Below are positions 56,951 through 64,000 of a stretch of DNA of 64,000 bases, in pieces. Each line of letters begins with the position of its first letter. Position 1 is the stretch's first letter. The DNA comes from the human T2T-CHM13v2.0 reference genome, Homo sapiens, in assembly GCF_009914755.1 (NCBI RefSeq), contig NC_060933.1. One strand, given 5' to 3'. The notes beneath the pieces were generated by a model that made no database searches, had not been told where the DNA came from, and saw only the letters and a list, made by a program, of their open reading frames with translations. The position numbers were made by a program, and so were the translations under genes.

Positions 56951-58700
56951 TTCCATTGCATTCCATTCCATTCCATTCCATTCCCCTGCACCCGGGTTGA
57001 TTCCATTCCATTCCGTTCCATTCCATTCCATTTCGTTCCATTCCATTCTATTCCATACCATTCCATTCCATTCCATTCCATTCCACTCCATTCCATGCCA
57101 TTCCACTCGGGTTTATTCCATTCCTTTCCATTCCATTCGGGTTGAATCCATTCCATTCCATTCCATTCCATTCCATTCCATTCCATTCCATTCCATTCCA
57201 TTCCATGCCATTCCACTCCGGTTGATTCCATTCCTTTCCATTCCATTCGAGTTGAACCCATTCCATTCCATTCCATTCCATTCCATTCCATTCCATTCCA
57301 ATCCATTGCACACGGGTTCATTCCATTCCATTCCATTCCATTCCATTCCATTTCGTTCCATTCCATTCTATTCCGTACCATTCCATTCCATTCCATTCCA
57401 TTCCATTCCATTCCATTCCATTCCATTCCATGCCATTCCACTCGGGTTTATTCTATTCCTTTCCATTCCATTCGGGTTGAATCCATTCCTTTCCATTCCA
57501 TTCCGTTCAATTCCATTCCATTGCACTCGTGTTGACTCCATTCCATTCCATGCCATTCCATTTCATTCCGTTCCATTCTATTCCATAACATTCCATTCCA
57601 TTATATTCGGATTGATTCTTTTTAATTCCCTTAGACTCCGTTTCATTCCATTCCATTCGGGTACTTTCCATTCCATTCCATTCCATTCCACTGCATTCTA
57701 TTGCACTCGGGTTGATTGATTCCATTCCATTGCATTCCATTCCATTCCATTCCATTCCATTCCGGATGATTCCATTCCATTGCATTCCATTCCATTCCAT
57801 TCCATTCCCCTGCACTAGGGTTCATTCCATTCCATTCCGTTCCTTTCCATTCCGTTCCATTCCATTCCAATCCGTTCTGTTCAGGTTAATTCCATTCCAT
57901 TCCTTTCCCTTCCATTCCATTGCATTCCATTCCATTGCAATCGAGTTGATTCCATTGCATTCCATTCCATTCCATTCCATTGCATTCCATTCCATTCCAA
58001 TCCCCAGCACTCAGGTTGATTCCATTCCATTCCGATCCATTCCATTCCATTCTATTCGTGTTAATTCCATTCCATTCCATTCCATTACCTTCTATTGCAA
58101 TCGAGTTGATTGCATTCCATTCCGTTCCATTCCATTCCATTCCATTCAAGTCCTTTCCATTCCATTCCACTCGTGTTGATTCCATTTTATTAGTTTCCAT
58201 TCCATACCATTCCCTTCCATTCCACTCTGGTTGATTCCATTCCTTTCCATTCCACTCGAATTCATTCCCTTCTATTCCACTCGGAATGATTCCTTTCCAT
58301 TCCGTTCCATTTCATTCCATTCCATTCCATTTCGTTCCACTGCATTCTATTCCGTACCATTCCATTCCATTCCATTCCATGCCATTCCACTCGGGTTGAT
58401 TCCAGTGCTTTCCATTCCATGTGGGTTGAATCCATTCCATTCCATTCGATTCCATTCCATTCCATTCCATTCCATTCCGGATGATTCCATTCCATTGCAT
58501 TCCATTCCATTCCATTCCATTCCCCTGCACCCGGGTTGATTCCATTCCATTCCGTTCCATTCCATTCCATTCCATTCCATTTCGTTCCATTCCATTCTAT
58601 TCCATACCATTCCATTCCATTCCATTCCATTCCACTCCATTCCATGCCATTCCACTCGGGTTTATTCCATTCCTTTCCATTCCATTCGGGTTGAATCCAT
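56950..58700 (+). repeat. Partial, rearranged copy of block C
   Basis: 56950-57590 matches ~25600-26220. 57600-58170 matches ~28720-29290 (and 34800-35600). 58480-58700 matches ~25590-25800. Confidence 0.72.
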
Positions 58701-59717
58701 TCCATTCCATTCCATTCCATTCCATTGCATTCCATTCCATTCCATTCCCCTGCACTCGGGTTGATTCCATTCCATTCCACTCCATTCCTTTCCATTCCAT
58801 TCCATTCCATTCCAGTCCTTTCCATTCCATTCCACTCGGGTTGATTCCATTCTATTAGTTTCCGTTTCATTCCATTCCCTTCCATTCCACTCTGGTTGAT
58901 TGCATTCCTTTCCATTCCACTCGAATACATTCCCTCCTATTCCACTCGGAACGATTCCATTCCATTCCATTCCATTCCATTCCATTCCATTCCATTTCGT
59001 TCCATTCCATTCTATTGCATACCATTCCATTCCATTCCATTCCATTCCATTCCATTGCATTCCACTCGTGTTGATTCCATCCCTTTCCATTCCATTCGGT
59101 TTGAAGGCATTCCATTCCATTCCATTCCATTCCATTCCATTCCATTCCATTCCACTCCATTGTACTCGGGTTGATTCCATTCCATTGCATTCCACTCCAT
59201 TCCATTCCATTCCATTCCGTTGCATTCCATTCCATTACATTCGGATTGATTCTATTCAACTCCCTTACTCTCCATTACATTCAATTCCATTCGGGTTGTT
59301 CCATTCCATTCCATTCCATTCCACTCTATTCCATTGCACTCGGGTTGATTCCATTCCATTCCATTCCATTCCATTCCATTCCATTCCGGATGATTCCATT
59401 CCATTGCATTCCGTTCCATTACATTCCCCTGCACTCGCGTTGATTCCATTCCATTCCATTCCATTCAATTCAATTCCATTCCATTACAATTCCTTCCATT
59501 CCATTCTATTCCGTACCATTCCATTCCATTCCATACCATTCCATTCCATTCCATTCCATTCCATTCCATTCTGTTCCATTCCGTTCCATTCCATTCCATT
59601 CCATTCTATTCGGGTTTAATCCATTCCATTCCATTCCATTCCATTCCATTCTATTCCTTTCCATTGCAATCGAGTTGAATCCATTGCATTTCATTCCATT
59701 CCATTCCATTCAATTCC

Positions 59718-59732
59718 ATTCCGGAAGATTCC
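59718..59732. promoter_or_regulatory. Perfect three-unit heat-shock element consensus
   Basis: Sequence aTTCcgGAAgaTTCc. Confidence 0.42.
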
Positions 59733-61219
59733 ATTCCATTGCATTCCATTCCATTCCATTCCCCTGCACTCGCGTTGATTCCATTCCATTCCATTCCATT
59801 CCATTCCGTTCCGTTCCATTCCATTCCATTCCATTCCGTTCCGTTCCGTTCCATTCCATTCCATTCCATTCTATTCGGGTTAATTCCATTCCATTCCATT
59901 CGATTGCAATCGAGTTGATTACATTCCATTCCATTGCATTCCATTCCATTCCATTCCATTCCATTCCTTTCCATTCCATTACGGATGATTCCATTCCATT
60001 GCATTCCATTCCATTCCATTCCCCTGTACTCGGGTTGATTCGATTCCATTCCATTCCAATCCATGCCATTCCACTCGTGTTGATTCCATTCTTTCCATTC
60101 CATTCAATTTGAATCCATTCCATTGCATTCCATTCCATTCGATTCCATTCGATTGCACTCGGGTTGATTCCATTCCGTTGCATTCCATTCAATTCCATTC
60201 CATTCCATTCCATTCCATTCCGTTCCATTCCATTCCATTGCATTCGGATTGATTCTATTCAATTCCCTTACACTCCATTACATTCCATTCCATTCGGGTA
60301 GTTTCCATTCCATTCCATTCCATTCCTCTCCATTCCATTGCATTCGGGTTGATTCCATTCCATTGCATTCCATTCCATTCCATTCAATTCCATTCCTTTC
60401 CATTCCATTCCATTACATTCGGATTGATTCTATTCAACTCCCTTACTCTCCATTACATTCCATTCCATTCGGGTTGTTCCATTCCATTCCATTCCATTCC
60501 ACCCCATTCCATTGCACTCGGGTTGATTCCATTCCTTTCCATTCCACTCGAATACATTCCCTCATATTCCACTCGGAACGATTCCATTCCATTCCATTCC
60601 ATTCCATTCCATTCCATTTCGTTCCATTCCATTCTATTCCGTACCATTCCATTCCATTCCATTTCTGTCCATTCCATTCCATTCCACTCGTGTTGATTCC
60701 ATTCCTTTCCATTCCATTCGGTTTGAACGCATTCCATTCCATTCCATTGCATTCCATTCCATTCCATTCCATTCCATTCCGTTGTACTCGGGTTGATTCC
60801 ATTCCATTGCATTCCATTCCATTCCATTCCATTCCATTCCATTCCATTCCATTCCATTCCGTTGCATTCCATTCCATTACATTCGGATTGATTCTATTCA
60901 ACACCCTTACTCTCCATTCCATTCCATTCCATTCGGGTTGTTCCATTCCATTCCATTCCATTCCACTCCATTCCATTGCACTCGGGTTAATTCCATTCCA
61001 TTCCATTCCATTCCATTCAATTCCGGATGATTCCATTCCATTCCATTCCATTCCATTCCATTCCATTCCATTCCGTTCCGTTCCGTTCCGTTCCATACCA
61101 TTGCATTCCATTCTATTCGGGTTAATTCCATTCCATTCCATTCCATTCCATTCTATTCCATTCCATTGCAATCGAGTTGAATCCATTGCATTTCATTCCA
61201 TTCCATTCCATTCCATACC

Positions 61220-61234
61220 ATTCCAGAAGATTCC
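61220..61234. promoter_or_regulatory. Perfect three-unit heat-shock element consensus (CpG-free version)
   Basis: Sequence aTTCcaGAAgaTTCc. Confidence 0.45.
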
Positions 61235-61799
61235 ATTCCATTGCATTCCATTCCATTCCATTCCCCTGCACTCGCGTCGATTCCATTCCATTCCATTCCA
61301 TTCCATTCCATTCCGTTCCGTTCCGTTCCGTTCCATTCCATTCCATTCTATTCGGGTTAATTCCATTCCATTCCATTCGATTGCAATCGAGTTGATTCCA
61401 TTCCATTCCATTCCATTCCATTCCATTCCATTCCATTCCTTTCCATTCCATTACGGATGATTCCATTCCATTGCATTACATTCCATTCCATTCCCCTGTA
61501 CTCGGGTTGATTCCATTCCATTCCATTCCATTCCATTCTATTCCATTCCATTCCATTCCATACCGGAAGATTCCATTCCATTGCATTCCATTCCATTCCA
61601 TTCCCCTGCACTCGGGTTGATTCCATTCCATTCCATTCCATTCCATTCCATTCCATTCCTTTGCGTTCCGTTCCGTTCCATTCCATTCCATTCCATTCCA
61701 TTCCATTCCGTTCCGTTCCGTTCCATTCCATTCCATTCCATTCCATTACAATCGAGTTGATTCCATTCCATTCCATTCCATTCCATTCCATTCTCTTCC

Positions 61800-62270
61800 A
61801 TTCCTTTCCATTCCATTCCACTCGGGTTGATTCCATTCTATTAGTTTCCGTTCCATTCCATTCCCTTCCATTCCACTCTGGTTGACTCCTTTCCTTTCCA
61901 TTCCACTCGAATACATTCCCTCCTATTCCACTCGGAACGATTCCATTCCATTCCATTCCATTCCATTCCATTCCATTCCATTCCATTCCATTCCATTACA
62001 ATGGAGTTGATTCCATTCCATTCCATTCCATTCCATTCCATTCCATTCCTTTCCATTCCATTCCACTCGGGTTGATTCCATTCTATTAGTTTCCGTTCCA
62101 TTCCATTCCCTTCCATTCCACTCGGGTTGATTCCATTCTATTAGTTTCCGTTCCATTCCATTCCCTTCCATTCCACTCTGGTTGATTCCTTTCCTTTCCA
62201 TTCCACTCGAATACATTCCCTCCTATTCCACTCGGAACGATTCCATTCCATTCCATTCCATTCCATTCCA
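61800..62270 (+). repeat. ~300 bp duplication containing a nested 55 bp tandem duplication
   Basis: GGAACGA at 61935 and 62235. CTCGGGTTGATTCCATTCTATTAGTTTCCG at 61821, 62066 and 62121. Confidence 0.82.
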
Positions 62271-62919
62271 TTCCACTCCATTCCATTCCATTCCATTTCA
62301 TTCCATTCCATTCTATTCCGTACCATTCCATTCCATTCCATTCCATTCCATTCCATTCCATTCCAGTCCATTCCATTCCATTCCATTCCATTCCATTCCA
62401 TTCCATTCCGTTCCATTCCATTTCATTACATTCAGATTGATTCTATTCAATTCCCTAACACTCCATTATATTCCATTACATTCGGGTTGTTTCCATTCCA
62501 TTCCATTCCATTCCATTCCATTCCATTCCGGATGATTCCGTTCCATTGCATTCCATTCCATTCCATGCCCCTGTACTCGGGTGGATTCCATTCCATTCCA
62601 TTCCATTCCATTCCATTCCATTCCATTCCGTTCCGTTCCTTTCCATTCCATTCCATTCCATTCCATTCCGTTCCGTTCCATTCCATTCCATTCCATACTA
62701 TTCGGGTTAATTCCATTCCATTCCATTCGATTGCAATCGAGTTGATTCCATTCCATTCCATTCCATTCGATTCCATTCCATTCCAATTCTTTCCATTCCA
62801 TTCTATTCCGTACCATTCCATTCCATTCCATACAATTCCATTCCATTCCTTTCCATTACATTCCATTCCGTTCCGTTCCGTTCCGTTCCGTTCCATTCCA
62901 TTCCATTCCATTCCATTCC

Positions 62920-62934
62920 ATTCCGGAAGATTCC
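62920..62934. promoter_or_regulatory. Perfect three-unit heat-shock element consensus
   Basis: Sequence aTTCcgGAAgaTTCc. Confidence 0.42.
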
Positions 62935-64000
62935 ATTCCGTTGCATTCCATTCCATTCCATTCCCCTGCACTCGCGTTTATTCCCTTCAATTCCATTCCA
63001 TTCCATTCCATTCTTTTCCATTCCGTTCCGTTCCGTTCCATTCCATTCCATTCCATTCCATTCCATTCCGTTCCGTTCTGTTCCATTCCATTCCATTCCA
63101 TTCTATTCGGGTTAATTCCATTCCATTCCATTCGATTGCAATCGATTTGATTCCATTCCATTCCATTCCATTCCATTCCATTCCATTCCATTCCATTCCA
63201 TTTCGCATGATTCCATTCCATTGCATTCCATTCCATCCCGTTCCCCTGTACTCGGGTTGATTCCATTCCATTCCATTCCATTCCATGCCATTCCACTCGT
63301 GTTGATTCCATTCTTTCCATTCCATTCAAGTTGAATGCATTCCATTGCATTCCATTCCATTCGATTCCATTCGATTGCACTCGGGTTGATTCCATTCCAT
63401 TGCATTGCATTCCATTCCATTCCATTCCATTCCATTCCCTTCCATTCCATTCCATTCCATTCCATTATATTAGGGTTAATTCCATTCCATTCCATTCCAT
63501 TCCATTCCATTCCATTCCATTCCATTCCAGTGCAATCGAGTTGATTCCATTCCATTCCATTCCATTCCATTCCATTCCATTCCATTCCATTCAATTCCGG
63601 ATGATTCCATTCCATTGCCTTCCATTGCATTCCATTCCACTGCACTCGGGTTGATTCCATTCCATTCCATTCCATTCCATTCCATTCCATTCCATTCCAT
63701 TTCATTTCGTTCCATTCCATTCTATTCCATTCCAATCCATTCCATTCCATTCCATTTCATTTCGTTCCATTCCATTCTCTTCCGGACCATTCCATTCCAT
63801 TCCATTCCATGCTATTCCACTCCGGTTGATTCCATTCCTTTCCATTCCATTCGACTTGAATCCATTCCATTCCATTCAATTCCATTCGATTCCATTCCAT
63901 TGCACACGGGTTCATTCCATTCCATTCCATTCCATTCCATTCCATTCCGTTCCTTTCCATTCCATTCCATTCCGTTCCGTTCCATTCCATTCCATTCCAT

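Larger units (their letters stand above)
1..64000 (+). repeat. Satellite III (HSat3) array, diverged (CATTC)n with interspersed A(C/T)TCGGGTTG decamers; single orientation throughout
   Basis: Continuous CCATT pentamers from base 1 to 64000. Recurrent GCACTCGGGTTGATTCC and CCATTCGGGTTGAATCC words read CAACCCGAGT/CAACCCGAAT on the minus strand, the classic Sat III interspersion. The regular CATTCGATTC-rich pattern typical of HSat2 is absent. No GGAAT-on-plus segment was seen. Confidence 0.97.
58740..64000 (+). repeat. Block D: distinct HSat3 variant domain rich in tandem CCGTT pentamers
   Basis: Private words not seen upstream: GGAACGATTCC (58948, 60575, 61935, 62235), (C/A)GGAAGATTCC-type words, TTCTATTAGTTTCCG, GGGTTGTTCC and TTCGATTGCAATCG. 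Runs of up to five CCGTT occur (62868-62892). Confidence 0.8.

Noticed and set aside
40-64000. Hundreds of ORFs on both strands (HSIPF and MEWNG repeats)
   Set aside because: (CATTC)n has no stop codon in any frame and gives a 5-residue period. The ORFs overlap in all six frames and have no domain content, so they are translation artefacts.
1-64000. CRISPR-like pattern of conserved words separated by variable spacers
   Set aside because: The 'spacers' are CATTC runs, not unique sequences. Spacing is irregular, and there are no cas genes or leader.
1-64000. Alpha satellite/CENP-B boxes or HSat2
   Set aside because: There is no 171-bp monomer. The ~175 bp duplications are pentamer-based, and CATTCG-rich HSat2 periodicity is lacking.

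Overview
The whole 64-kb window is classical Satellite III (HSat3-type) DNA of human or great-ape pericentromeric heterochromatin. It is a diverged (CATTC)n array in one orientation (CATTC on +, GGAAT on -) with interspersed A(C/T)TCGGGTTG decamers. I find no genes, RNA genes, transposons or CRISPR arrays. All listed ORFs (HSIPF/MEWNG repeats) are artefacts of a stop-free pentamer. The real information is in the nested higher-order structure, read by eye from rare variant words and the offsets of identical ORFs. The block order is B1(1-~9460), A1(~9460-16191), B2(16192-~25600), C(~25600-41650), A2(~41650-47740), B3(~47740-56950), partial C'(~56950-58700), D(~58740-64000). This fits an older ~31-32 kb A-B-C period plus a much younger ~16.2 kb A+B tandem duplication with a junction near 9460-9495. 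It also includes 1.5/2.5/3.6/6.1-6.3/9.35 kb internal periodicities, many copy-specific 55-505 bp duplications, and a distinct CCGTT-rich subdomain D. Five perfect three-unit heat-shock elements occur, three of them in D. I see no evidence of a new protein-coding system. Chromosome and species cannot be fixed from sequence alone, and all boundaries are approximate.
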